Assembly (NCBI GenBank): GCA_002633005.1
Contig: NMRA01000137.1
Span: forward strand, 744,001-808,000
Reading direction: 5' to 3'
DNA from: Phoronis australis
Lineage: Eukaryota > Animalia > Phoronida
DNA: 64,000 nucleotides
The first letter of the stretch is position 1, and each line of letters starts with the position of its first letter. The notes under the pieces are model-generated. The model worked only from the letters and a program-made list of their open reading frames with translations, was not told the origin of the DNA and ran no database searches. The translations under genes were made by a program, and so were the position numbers. Positions 24,701 through 39,700 of this stretch are shown here, one piece after another.

Positions 24701-27700
24701 TATGATTTCTTCACCTCTTACACTGGCATGTTTTTGCCTTTTTTGATGTTCATCCAGCATATGCTCACAAGTTTGCATGGTCGAGGTTTATGGTTTCTGT
24801 GGCACGTAATTTGTCAGATCACGAATAGCGATATTTGACATAAGAAAAAACAAAAAAAGTGCAAGTCGTCTGATGTCATTTGCGGTGCATCAGACGTGCA
24901 CAGGCCTCATGGTTGGGCCCATTGCGCAAAACACCTGAGCAAAAGCACGAGAGCCCAATTATGGCTCCTCGTGAAGAAAGTTTTCAAGTCTGCCAGTCTC
25001 CTTTAAGAAAACGGACAGATGTTGACATCCAGGCAACATGAATCAAAAGTAATATGTCACCTCATAATGGAAGTTATCGCACAGTGTTATACCCAATCAA
25101 AGGACACTAGACACTACTGCCACCTAGAGGAACAATATACACATACAATGAAAACCATAAAACAGAAAGCACATTCTAATATGTAAAAGCAAATGAGTAA
25201 GTGGCTATTTAAGCCACGTTTCACAACTGGTCAAATGACACGCTTTCAAAGGAATCCATGCATGAGAAGGCGAGTTTTGAGGATTAACAAATTGAAACAC
25301 ACAGTAAACCAATGGAAAGCAATCAGCATTGTTCAGTGCTGGGCCTGCGGTTACGCTTACTTCTGTAAAAACAGTGGGAGTTAGGTCCCCACAAAAGGAA
25401 ACCAAAGCAGAAATAGACATGGACAAAAGACCAGGCCCAGACCACCAGCGTCAGTAAACAACACCTTTCACTGTTTATTTGCTGATAGCTCGACCCAGAT
25501 TAATGCCTCTGATTCCCCACTGGCGGTTGACCCCTCTGACCTGTGTGAAAGTAGTCCCATCCTGTGATCAATGCTTATTGGAGGGAATTGTTGACATCCC
25601 TGGACATTTGGCTGGCACAGAGTTTGAGTAAATAAACAACAAATATGGGGGCATTGTGAGGGTCTGGATCCTAAATAAATAGGTCTATTTTGAGCACAAA
25701 CAGCAGCATTGAAAATCTAAACAGGTCAATAATTTGTAAAGAGACCAGGTGATGTAACAATGAACAGCAGTGGGAGATACTGTGTGGGAATCATATTTCA
25801 CTTTTTCTTTTCGGAAATCAGGATGTTGTAGATTTTGAAAGGAATCGTTCCTGCTGACTGTTGTTTTACAAATTTAACATAACAAGTTTTCAATTTTCAT
25901 TCTTACGTTACGTAGTAAAACGGAGAACTTGACAACAACGTTCAAACCGCAACAATTTAAGATGCATAATAGTGGAAAAGAATTGTTTTGCTTTTTCCAA
26001 AAAATCAGAAGCCACAAAATCAGTTTCAAGTACCATCGCTGCCACCTAACAGCGCTTTGAGAAATCATGGAATATGACAGTAATGTTGGAAACCTTTGAA
26101 AATAAAATTAGTTCAATTTTGGCAGTAATTTTTGCCCGAACTATGTGAGATTTTAACGTGCACACTTTAGCACTACATTCCACCTCTGTACACATCTATG
26201 CACTATGAGCGACAGCATTTTTCAGCCAAAAACAACCCTGTTGAACCACAAATTTTAAATGAACACCTGTAATCAGTGTGTAACCATGCAGCCGTAATTA
26301 GCCATAGACCTTCTTGTATTTAGAAATTTGCAAAAATGATTTCCAGGTTACTTTCTGTTAATTTGTCAAAGACTTGCTCTGCAACAACTAGAGCTCAAAA
26401 TGTTAGCATGTGTTTCAGGTAACTATTGTTTGTCCGTGTTGTTGAAATTCAGAAGGAAAGAAATAATCGCACGCTGTTAACAGTCACCTGAACCTTTGTG
26501 GCTCCTATAAGGCGGAAATTAACTTGTAACCAAAATTAGTTAAAACACTTCTTCACTTAGTAAGGGTGCAATATGGCAGGTAAATTACGTTGTTAAATTT
26601 CCACAACAAAACATATTAAAATACTCATTTCAACATGTGTAAGTCAACATTGAGTTTGAGTAACCAACCGTAACACATGAGCACAACTCAAATCATTTTA
26701 TGTCCAATCTCACAAAACAATTTTTCAGTTGTAAAGAGGAAATATTTTTGCAACAAAAATGATCGTGCCGCCAATAGTAAAGGGTGGAAATGTAAAATAT
26801 TTTATTTTTACCGCTCCACCCATTTCAGAGGAGTGTGTTAGGATGAAGGAACACAAACTATGTAAAGGCCAGGTATATAGCCTTTGCATTAGCATAATAC
26901 ACATTAGACAATTGTACAACAAAACCCAGAGAAATTTTGATAATTCTTAAGGTAGTGATCTAACCAATCAGTGAATTTGACAAATTAAAAGGAAATGCAA
27001 TTTGAAGGTGGAGAATGCAAAACAAATATATCTGGTATGCAACACTGGCTTGTGCATGTACTAACTAAAGCTAACATTCAGTAGTTATCCGAACTCCGCA
27101 GTTTTCATCAATTCTCTTCGCAGAAATCAGCAAATATACAGACCAAACAATCGGATTTTAATAATTTCAATTTTTTGGCATTTTAATTTCAGCTTGACTG
27201 GTGACCTGCAGAGTTTCACATCCCATTCACACAACGCGGAGTTGATTGCTTTGATTCAATTTTCTGTTGTGTCACAAAACATTGAGTCGTGAAATAATGC
27301 AAATAAGCATTCGTTTCCTTGGTTACACTATGGTCGGAATGCAGAGATCATGGGTTGTTATTTTGCCTTGATACCTATATCATCCTACTTTAAATTGGTA
27401 AATTTTTCAATCATCCAAAGTAATGCTAAGATGGTAAAATCTCGCCAATTCAGTGCAGAATATGACAGGCAAGTGAAATTTTATTTTCTCTTTTTGCATA
27501 AAAGACGTGTAGCCTCAGACTAATGTTTTACCATGTTCAAGCTGGTTACCATAGCTACAGTAAAAATTCTTCAGTTTGGGACACTAATTGGCGGAGAGGT
27601 GAAAATTCGTTTTGTCAAATATATCAACGAAAAGAATCCTTCAGGTCTTTTCAGGAGAATATACATTGGTTTGTATGGCATAAATATTAGAAAACATTTG

Positions 27701-30700
27701 GTGAAGTTTTGCAACAATGTGGTTAGCCTCTGACAAACTGAAATATCATAGTTTCAGCAATTTTTGGTCTTGTCTGGAGAATTTTTATATTGCCATCAGA
27801 AAATATTTTTTTTAAAAATTGACATTCACATCAATATTAAAGGACATTGAAAAACAAAAAGGGTAATTTAGACAAATATTTGCATCTGAAATCGGTGAGA
27901 TATTAAAGCATATTATGACGGTCTTAGAAAAAATATGATATATATATATTTTTATTACGAATACAAATAATTATGGCCACACTTCTTCATAACACTTTAC
28001 GGCCATACAACTACGAAAACAAGTTACATACAGTAAACAAAAGGAAGCCATATCTACAGAATAATTGAACACGCACAATGAAAAGTCAAAACTAATAGTA
28101 ACAGGTACTCGTAAAACGGCAATAGTTCAGTCGGCCAAATTAGTAAAGATCTTCGGGAAATTTGGTTAAGAAATTGCTCGATTTAAACCCACAATCAGTT
28201 TTGTAGTGAGAGAAACAGAAAAAGTCTGAGCAGGAGACAACTCGATATACACTGGGTAGCGCCGACGAAGAAAGGTCCCTCTCATGTTAATGGATTGAGA
28301 GAACACAGTATATTAACACTGAAGGGCTTTGTAGGACATGAGCCCCCACGTGATTATCTGAATACAGGCATTTCTATTGGTTGGACCTTCGTATCGCTAC
28401 CTAGTGAATTTCGGGTTCTCATTGTGACTGGCGTGAAACAGAGAGAAGCTCTACCGCAGGTCCAGACTAAGGCTAAATGAGAGCTGGACAAGAGCAAAAG
28501 CTAAATATGAAACCAGCACTGGCGTTAGTAAACAGAAACTAGCTTTGTTAAAGAGGTAAGAAACTACGTTTAAGAAACTAACTTATGATTCACACCACTT
28601 AGCCTCAACTTGTTCTTTATTCAGATGATGTGATTTTTGGTTTTGCAAAGAAATGACACTGCTCAAAACCCGATGAATTGATTGACACTCTGTGGCAACT
28701 AAACTTGAGAATTAGCCTTGTCTCAGGTAATAACAGACTGTCACTTCTTTCAACGAACACAACTACTTTGACTAAGGAACAATTTGAGATTAATTTCATA
28801 ACAGTAAATGGTCTAAAGCAAAATACATCCGCAATGGAAGGCAGGTTCATAGCTACTCTAAAAAATAATCTAACACTGCATCTGTGCAAAAAACAGACTT
28901 TACTATCAATAAGCGCCAACCTTCACAGAGCCAACTTAAGGAACCAGAAGCCAAAACACCAACCCCACTAAAGACCCAAATTAGAACCTGACTAATCCCA
29001 AAGCATGCTTAAATAGAGCTTTTAAAAATTCCATGCAATGTGACTGGAGTCTTTGAGTCTTGAGTAAGGTCTATTGGTCTTGGGACCAGAACCCCCATAA
29101 CAACGACCACTGAATTGTGCCCAGCACTGTAACATGTGGTCACAGAGTCCGCTTTTAAGGGGGGGGTAAGGGTTCCACTCCGTTCTTTTGTTACATTCAT
29201 GAAAAAAACAAGTTTTCTATGATTCTTGGTGTCAAAGATAGCGACATTACTACAAGACCATTTTTTATTGGAAAATAGACGGAGCTCTCGTGCATGTGCT
29301 AAAAAAACAAAGAGAGGTGCAGTTGCTTCTAACCTTGCATTAGAAACCCGTCCGGAATGGCGTTGGAGAGGTAGCTGGGATTTAAAGAGGGCAGACCGCC
29401 GCCCAACGAGGACGGTAGACCGGTGGTCAGTTTGTCCGAGCTGCTGCCAACGTCGGAAGAACCCTGGCCGGAGACCTCTTTCCATAACTGGTGCATCTCG
29501 GTTTGAGACATTGCTAGAAAAAGTAACGGCGTGTACGTCACAAGGGAACTTCCAGGAACGTTGAGCAAAATTGTAGAATTGAAATTTGTCACATTCTACG
29601 TTTTTAACTAAAGTCCAAGAAAAGGGCACTTAAACTTCACACGGATCATTTTCATATTACATATTTTTTTTAATTCATATTACTTAAACACGAAAACAGA
29701 TTTGTTTCAAAATCACCGCCATGATCCAAATCTTTACGCTAATGGTTGATTCTCTATGTCTGCCTAATAATTATTATAAGAATTATTGAACTCAAACAGG
29801 TTCCAGTTTATTACTACCGTGTCTGGCACTGACAACAGCTGTAAATGGCTCACATGCCGTAATAAAACGTGATGCGATTGAGATGAATTATGAATCAATT
29901 GCTTATTATGGTGTGTACTGACATTAAAAGCCATTGCCCACTTTAAAGAATCCCCACAAAGTGAGTAAAACTGAATAGAGCCGCTCCCGTGTGAAAATTG
30001 GTGGCAATAGTACTGTGTATTTCCAGGCAAACTTTTATCAAAATGGTTTGCTTCGGTTCAGGGTTTGACTAAATTTTGCTGGATAAATACCAGGAGAAAG
30101 TATTTATGAGCTAGGTGAATTGGTTAAATTCAAATTCCAATTGCTATCTGTATCATTAAACCATTGGTACTGACTGCGTGGTGTTGTACAGTACTGACTG
30201 CGTGGTGTTGTACTGTACTGACTGCGTGGTGTTGTACTGTACTGACTGCGTGGTGTTGTACTGTACTGACTGCGTGGTGTTAGTGTCTGCCAATAGGGGT
30301 GACATAAACTTCCCGGTATTCATGAATCCTTTGGGGAAACAAATGTTTGTGGAATTAATGCTGTGTATTTCTTCCTGAAATATTTGCGGGAATTCAAAAC
30401 ACATAGGAAGGGTACTAATGTTCTATATACAGACTTTTCACAGTGAATTTATATCACATTTGCACATGAGCAAGCGTTTAATGCCTTTGTCGAATGTTGT
30501 TTTTTTTCATTTTGGATGAATTGGATTATCAAGATAGTCTTAGCATTTCTTTAGCAATGGAAGAAAATGTGATTTCAATATTCAAACGCAGGCACGTCAA
30601 GCGCTACGTGAAGTAATCTTCACAAGTCATATTGCGTTAGCACAAGACAACAGCAAAGAGCCATATGACAGCAATAGATTGAAAAATTCACATGTAGCTG

Positions 30701-33700
30701 TGGTAAATCTATCTGTCACACTCACCAGAGTATGACCAGTAGTATAAGTTTTGTGCATAGCCATTGAATTAACTTGGGATTCCCGCGGTGATGTAGGCAA
30801 AAGATAGGGATATTTGTCAGTGATGCTTTTAACATATTGTGGAAATAAATTTACACACGCAGCCAGCGGCGCGTTACCATTCATAACAGGATTTGACATC
30901 AAAATGGTTGGATTCAAGTCAACAACCAGTATTTACTCAGTGCAAGCTATTTACAGGATTGGATGTTTGAAAACCAATTCACTCTTGTCATCATAAATAA
31001 ATCAAACTTTTTTTCAAACTTCAAAATGGCCATTTCTCCCTTTCCATCTCATAAGCGGAAGTGTGTGGCAAACTTTTACGGTCAGAACACATGCACAAAA
31101 TGTAAGAATCATTTTCAAAGCACTTTTGAAAATGAAATTGATCAGATTCACCTTGTTGTCTAAAACTTTTAAAACTCAAGAATGTAACAGAAAACACGTG
31201 AATACTGAACTTGGTATTCAGAAAAGCAGTTCAGAGACAGTTATACAGTTGGTACAGCTTTTAACGCACACAAATAGTAATCTCTCTTCAATTGAGTCCA
31301 AAGAAAAATAGTGAAATAGTAAAAATGTTTTTGTTTTGTTTTTTTTGTTTCCTAAAACTTCTATTACACAAACCGTGATCAACCAAAGAAAACATTTTAA
31401 ATTTTGTGGTTTTTTTTGAGGAATTTGACAACATAAAATTCTTTTTGTCCACCAAACTATGCTAAATTGAAGAGTTTTTACCATAAGGCTTGTTTGGATA
31501 ACTAAATTTTGACTAAACTAAGGTTAATAGTACTAGCAGAAAGCAGAAACATGGTTACTCTAATACCCCGTTTACATGACATGAAATTCAGGTAGAAGTT
31601 GTTCCGGATACTTGTTTTACCACAACAACTCGACTCCACAAATGCAATCTCACATCAGTTTTTCCCCAGGTCAGAAAGTCATGTAGACTGCTCTAGGTCA
31701 ACATGTCACACCAGAATGCCAATGGCAACAAAACAAGAACGCACTAAAGAGGCATCCCAGGTGTCACACATGTGAACTGGCATTGCATGAAATTCTTGGA
31801 CACTTCATTTTTGAAGACACCAGTTACCACTGGCATATGTAATGCTACAATATCCACCTTGTTCTGGTTTTCAGTTGCGCAGTGTTGGTATCAAATTGGA
31901 AAAAACCTATACTGGGAACAGCTTCAATCAATTTTCAAACCTTTGTAAACACGTCTGAAAATAGCCAAAATATTAACCTGGAGGTTTTAAAAAGCAAGTT
32001 AAGTCTATGACACTAATTAAGTATTTTTAGGCAAGAACAGAAAAGGCAGACTGACCTAGAAGTCCAAAAAACGAATGTGAAAATAACGACTTCTTATTAA
32101 GTGGTGATGTCATCCATGACTTGTGCATTAAATCAAATTTTCAAGCTCGACCCCTGGATCTGCCTATTACAGAATGACAGGTAGAAACACAGCACACACA
32201 AATAATCAATATTCAAAGAAAATGTACATTTACATCTACATATTAAATTCAACATCATGGGACCGTGGACCATTGCGAAGTCTCAACTTTCCAGAAACAC
32301 GCAAACGTGGATTGCAAACCCAGAGAAACACCATTTATGAGACGTAACACGAATAGAAGCCTCACACCAACTCCAATTCAGTCCTACATAGCAAGCACTT
32401 AAATTTGAGGTGAAACAAAGTGAAGTTTAGTCACTCACCACCCTGATACAGAATGCAGTATTTTCTGACCCAAATCACCACCAGGTATGCTATCTTCACA
32501 TAATGGGTAAGGGGGCACTGGCATATTCGAAATCAAGATCAGCGCAATGTGGTGATAAGTCACTAACTCCACATTTTGCTCACATCCCAATAAAAAGACT
32601 TTTCGTAATCCTAATGTGAAACAGGCTAGTGTCTACTCAACCCACGCATTCCCACAAGATGCATGGTTCATCATCAACCAGGTGGTACTTTCAGAATCAA
32701 AACACTTCACATCGAACTCACATCCCATGTAAACCAACTGGATTCCATCCAGCGCATCGCATTATGGCGATAAGTCATCAACTAATTTCACAGTGCATCA
32801 AACAAAAAACTTCACGTTGCTCCCATCCCAAGAAAAAGATTTTTCGTGACCTTAACGTGAAACAGGCCGACGTCTACTCAACCCAAACATTCCCAATTCC
32901 CACACAAGATGCACCCCCGTTCATCATCCCGGTAGTACTGTTAGAATCACGACACTTCACACAGAACTCATATTCCACGTAAACCAACTGCATGCTATCC
33001 GAACGTGAAACCGTATGATATGTACTCACCCGGAGGCATCCCCATATGCTGCATGCCAAGGCCCTGGGCCAGGAGGTAATTCCTTTGCTGTAAATGAAAT
33101 TGCTGCACAAGCTGTTGTTGCTGGGCCTGCAGCTGTTGAATTTGTGCCTAGAAATAGATGAAGAGCAAATGACAGATAGCAACCGGAGACGCCTCCTATG
33201 GGCCAAGTTAGGCCAGGGTAGTTTTCACTAAGCTCTTCTGAAAAATTATGACATAACGGCTGAAACTGAGTGGGAACCAACGGTAGAGAAACTTGTTACA
33301 CTCTTCGTAAAAACCCCCACGGATGGTGTCGCATTCAAGACCTTTTTGGCAAAGCTGTAAGCTTCCACTCGTTCCCGGTCCACTCATAAAGATAAGCACG
33401 TTTCACGTGTGCTGACTGTTGTTGTGGCAAATGCAGATTTCACAAAATAAATGAAGGAATTGTGAACCAAAGGTATTTAATCTAAGAAAACTGTTACAAA
33501 TTTAAAGTTTAGAAGTCAACACAAACTTTGAAACCAATTTTGGGGGAATTATTATCTAACTTTGGTACTCACACTGGTGACTTCTTGGCGACTTGGGATT
33601 TTCCCAGGTCGCCAAATACCTGCAATGCTGAGAGAATGTCTTGGATTCTGACATCCAACCATAATTCCAACAACATTTCCGGAATAAAAAAGGAACACCT

Positions 33701-36700
33701 CAGGTTTTGCCTTCCAAGGCAAATAGCGTAAAGCAAAGTCATGAAGTGCGCTTCCGTTTGGTAAAATACATCCGGTGTCTACAGGTGCTCCCAGTGATTT
33801 ATTGGAACAGTCACATTTTAGTGAGTACTTACCAAGTAAAGTTCACTATTTTTACCACGTAATAAAACAACAATAAAAGTTGGAATTTCACTCAGTGCAT
33901 TAAAAATNGACGATTAATATTGCAAATCAAAATGCCGATTAAGAACTTCCATGTAAACATGTATTTAGTTTTATTGCCTGCTCTAGTCAAAGGCAAACTG
34001 TTATGTAACAGAAGAGGGAGAGAAAAATCTGCGGGCATCTGTCATTGAGTACAGTAATCAGAATTAGAAACCGAGGGAATACAATTAGCTTGTGTGAATT
34101 GACACATGTTTGAAACGCGTCAACTACGTGACACATCCTGTTTGAGGAGCAATTTTTATTAATATTTGTTTGCAAATCAACAAAAAGGTTCACCTTTTCC
34201 TAATGAGTAACATTTTCGAAATTTAACCAAAAAAGTCAGGAAAAAGGTTAATGTCACGAAAAATTATCATCTTCAAAAAATAATAGAATCACCGACACGT
34301 GTCAAAAGAACACGATCTGTGCAGCTTCCAAGTCACACCATACCGCGAAGCTGGAATTTTAAAGAAAAACTAGATTTTACATGGCTTACCGAATGTGCAT
34401 AGGGTGCAGCTTCGTTGTTCTCCCAACAAAACATGTTTTCTAGACGCAAGAAAACAATGAAACACTTGACCGTGGCAAAGGACGACCACGCGTATCCAAC
34501 AGTTATTAGCTATACAACTAAGCAGCACTAATACCTATGGCCCCTATGACAAACAGACAAACATGAAAGGTGGATGACATTGCTCATTATGCAAAAATAG
34601 TCAACAGCCAGAGAGAATGGAGATTTTATTTGCAAACACAACAAGGGTGCATTCAAACGTAAACAATACACAGGGTGTATGGTAAATCTTCTCTAAAGTA
34701 CACAACATGGTGAACACGTGAAGAAATATTTTGTCAAATTTCTTCATGAAAATAAAGACTCAGATAATTTTTAAGTCTGTTGTTTGCCTAGTTTGTACTG
34801 CGTTGTAAAACAACATTTGGGAAAGTTTTTTTGGGAGCAAAATAATCAGACTTTAAATTTGAAGATGGAAAATTTGCAATTTTGACGATTAAGTTTAGTG
34901 CGCAAGAGGAGAATTGTGGTGTAGTTTTTAGAAATTTAAAGTAAGGCACGTGAGTGTACTGCCACCAGGATATCCAAACATGGCTTAAACTGCGTGTTGT
35001 AATTTCACATCACGAGACTCCTTTTTATTAATATTTAGAAAACCTATCATGTTCCACCAAAGGAATTAAAATTATACCACCAGAATTATGTCCCTTGTAA
35101 AATGTGGAGTACAAAAAGGCTCAATATTCTCAATGACTCAAGATTTTAAACATGTCTCAGGGGGGTCCAAGGGAGATCATTGGGAAATGAATTAATCGTT
35201 CATGAGCTACTGAGGACAGACTTCAAAAATAAACTAAGAACAATCTGTAGTTGTAAAAATACCAGCAAATCAGTCGTTTTTTATCAATATTACATATTTA
35301 GGTGTTAACTGTTAATGGCGTGGTTATTTTTACACCCTGCCATGGCTGGAGGTCTTTGTTGTTATTTACAAAGACAGTTTTAATCAACCCCAAGGCATCC
35401 ATTTCATTTACAACCCAAAGCGTGAGCAGATCCTCATCATATAATACCTTGTTCTGTCTATATTTACTCTGGCTTTGTCTAAAATGCTCATGAGGGTATT
35501 TATTTATCCACTCTGCAGGCGATGACTGAGCTGAACACCAGAACAAGTTATTCAGATGCGGGACCAGACACGGATGTCAACAACTGTATGAAGGTGTTAC
35601 GAACATTGCCAGAAGACAAATAATAGGGGCACAGACTGAAAAAGTACTTTGTTCAGTGTTAGGGTGTGCACATGTACACCAATGGGGCCAAAACCCCAAA
35701 TTGCAAGAATTTGACGTGGTGCAACCAAACTGTCCCGTCGCCTCAGGATTTATCCATTTTCAAAGCTATGATTTAGGGTGGTAATGAATTTTGTTTAACA
35801 TAAACCAGATGAATATTTTTGCAAAAACATGACTGGAGAGAAGATTCATAAAAATATGGCTGATCAAGCATTAGGGTGTTCCTCTGCACATCATTTCAAA
35901 GACACTGTTTCCTTGTCAGAAACATGTAACGAGTCTCACCAATCGAAAGATATACCGTATTCGTCGTAATAACCGCCCATGCCCCTATAAGCGCCCCCCA
36001 CGCGTTTTCAGACTTTGCTGAAATAAGCGCCCAGTCCATGAACGTGTACATGCGAACAATGACGTACCTTCAGTCCTAAAACTTGGTTACAGTAACGTCT
36101 TCAATTTATCAAAAAAGTTTTGCACGGGTCTTCTAGACCAGCAGCAGCACTGCTACGTTTGTATTTAGCCGTGACTTTACACTTCAAAGTAACACAGCGC
36201 ATCAAAAAGAACGCAACAACGTTGCTACTTTCACGACGACCGTGTACCACTATGGTCTGACCTTTCAGTAGACACATCGACTGCCTCATGAATGAAAATA
36301 ACTCGGTGTTGAACGCACGTGGCCAGAAAGCGCGCGCTACATATATGAACTTACATTAGTCGGGAACTATCCATTCATGAAACGGGTAGCATAGCATCGG
36401 TAAGAAATGAATATTGGCCCTAATTTCGGACAATTTCTAATACTATAAAACATATTTGCGTTATTTTTAGATGGATTGTTTGATTAACCATAATTGGTGT
36501 TTTTAAGCCGAATATCCGATAAAATGACAAGTGTCAGCAAATGCTTACACACCCTTACACCGAAAAATAACTGTCAGACAGTTACGTACGCATCCAGCTA
36601 CACGGCGACTAATGGGCCTTACCGAAACAAATGTCGAACGTTTTTAGCACGAGACCGGCAAGTACTGAATGAAACACGCTCTGGTTTAGGCCTACTGCTT

Positions 36701-39700
36701 GTGCAAATTTCTTTAGACACAATGCACATCTAGCTCGTTAGATTGCGTGGCTCTGGCCAAAAGACAGTCTCTGCTTTGGCAAATGAACTCTGGTTACACG
36801 CACGCGCTCGCTTACTCGCAGACGAACTTCAAAACAAACGTCACGTGACAACAACATGTGTGTTCGTCCAGACATTTTTCTCGCCGTGTTGCCGATCATA
36901 CATGTAGATGGCACGATGTTGCGCAGATTTGTACTTAAAACTGCCGTAAATCCAGACTCCACGGGAACTTAAAAAAGTCATAGGGACGCTACTTAGAAAA
37001 CTTAATAAGGATTTCAGGTAATTTGCTTGAGTCGAAACTATTTTTATTCAAGCATTGAAGTCGCCATATCGAAGACGGCGATTTTGAGGCAGTCAGTCGG
37101 CGAGTTTTCACCCTGGGATTTCAGCACGATTTGCTGTAAAATGATCGTAATTTAGCAGTAAAGTTTGATAGCAATGCACAACAGTTTTGTTGGAAGTCTT
37201 TCATAGATTACAGATACGTCAGAGAACGTCAATTTGATGAATCTTAGCTTCCGATTTCACCCGTTTCGGAGACCGGGTTTCAACCACCTTGGGTTATAAT
37301 AAGCGCCCCCCTTGAACCGAACTTTTCTAAGCGCCCTGGGCGAATACGGTAGCTTAAATACGCGAACAAAATGAATACGACCAAAGGTTCAAATTATCAA
37401 TGTTATTCCAAAATCATGAAAGCTGTCAAAAGAAATTGTGCGATGCATCGACGGCATTGACAAAAGCGACAACAGGAAATGAAAAGTTGAAGGTCAAATA
37501 CTGCAGTTCTGTGATCATCACAGCTAAGCAAATATGGGCAACCATGATGACTGGCATATCATTAGTTTTTTGACACTGCATGGATTGTTTAGAGCTTCCA
37601 CACATGGTGTCTTGAAAATTCACTGCTGGTCCATTTAAGACTTCTGATAAAAACATCAGAGTCTATTGTAACTGACAAGTAAAGATTTCTTCTTAATGCA
37701 GTTAAAACTGATAATCCTGTTTTGGAAACCAGCATACAAATGAGCAAGCCTCAACTGTTGAGAAATTTATTTAAAATACTTTTTGCAGTAGTTCGACCGA
37801 GGCCCACTGAAAGACAATGAGAAACTACAACCAAATATCAAGACAACAGAACTAGTGGTAATTGGTCACATTGCAAAAAGGTCACAGACCCCATGAATGC
37901 CTTGTAAAACTCAAACCTCACAAAATCTAACTAAATCTACTAAAATCTCATGAAACTCCCTGCATTTTCACAAAATCTACCTAAGTTTTACTAATTCTCT
38001 TGCAGAAAACCCAGCACAATTGTTGTTAGTATTCTGTACCTACATAAATACGCTAATACAACGGTTCCCTAAAGTTCAATTCACCATCCTCAAGCAGTAT
38101 ATCCATCCACAACAGACATGATCACAAGTAACACAAGAGCAACGCAGAGCGTTGAAATGCGCCCACAATTGCACCGCATACGGTATCCTTCTAGGGTTGA
38201 TTATTGGTACCACAAAGTGGCCAGTAGAGAGCATATATGTAGTATGTTGTACTTAGCAAAATGGAAAGGCATGGTCATTGTCTCCTCAATAGGCTAGGGG
38301 CAAAATGTGAGTAATCTTCATAATACAAGCACATCCTATACACCAGTTGCTTAAAGCACCACAGAAAAATAGAATAAAAACAAATTTACCAACATACGAG
38401 ATTAGCATAGCATTAGAATGCCAGAAACAAATTTCTACTTGGAACTTTTCCTTCATAGTCACGAAGTAACACAAAGTATACACCTGAAGACCTATGAAAA
38501 TACAGAGGTCAATGTAAAATACTATAAATTGCCACTAGAGGCAAATACTAAAATTGCCACTAGAGGCATACCGGTAGTCAGAATCATCCTAAAGTCGTCA
38601 TCGTCCGTTGTCAACATCNAAAATCTAACTAAATCTACTTAAATCTCATGAAACTCCCTGCATTTTCACAAAATCTCCCTAAGTTTTACTAATTCTCTTG
38701 CAGAAAACCCAGCACAGTTGTTGTTAGTATTCTGTACCTACATAAATACGCTAATACAACGGTTCCCTAAAGTTCAATTCACCATCCTCAAGCAGTATAT
38801 CCATCCACAACAGACATGATCACAAGCAACAAAATCAACAGAACCAAAACTCACTTGGAAAGTGCGTACCTGAACTGGAATAGCTTCACACCTATTATGT
38901 ATAAAATGTCTCTGGTTTGTGGTCTATATTGGTAGAGCTAAACGGATTTGCTTAAACACTAGAAAGAATACAAGATAATGAAATTTCCTTTATTAAGTCT
39001 ACTCTCGTAGATAATGGTTATCCAGTGAATTTGATACAGTCGTGTATTAACAAAGTCATTCCTATTTCGGGTGACCTGGAATATGGTCCTGAGAGTCACA
39101 AGTGTTACTTCGTTCTTCCTTATAGTCGCCACAACAGTGTCTTGCTTAAACAGGGCTTGGAATGACCCATGACAAAAAGAGGAACATTTATACTGCCCCA
39201 AAAACACATTGCAATCTAAACAACCATACCTCAACATATCGAAAGTAAGCATTATTATCACAAGATGCCCTGTAACTGTGTCGTGTTGGCAAAACGGAGT
39301 CATTTTAAGCAGTACCTGACATCTATTTCAGCAACAACAATGAAGGAAATTAGATGCAACAAAAGATTTTTTTTTAATTAAAATTTTAAAAATAACTATG
39401 CAAAATTTGCAGTGTGACTGAAAGAAAGTTATTCTCAGGGCTTGGAATGACCAATGACAAGAAACGCGGAAACTTTTATGGCCTAAAACATGGGCGCTAC
39501 CCAGCCTTGAAACAGTCGACGTGAACCTTTCGCCGACAAAAAATCGGGACTAAAAAAAACGTTACCACCATCAGTAGCATGCGTCTGTGTGTTTTTAGCT
39601 CGTCCGTCCACTCCCACCCCCACACATTTTTGGCTGCACAGCCGCAGTATTTGTCACCGCGGTTTACAATCACACGAGACGCCATTGAAAATCCCATCAC

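Noticed and set aside
27950-29200. Possible decayed LINE on the - strand
   Set aside because: Composition is suggestive, but I could not recover a diagnostic RT or endonuclease motif.
29009-29629. 206-aa ORF as an independent gene
   Set aside because: It is an alternative frame over FoxP exon 29334-29513 with no recognisable motif.
30167-30281. CRISPR-like array or Cys-repeat protein (ORFs 30156..30404 and 30178..30378)
   Set aside because: Units are contiguous with no unique spacers, and the ORFs result from a 24-bp stop-free unit inside an intron.
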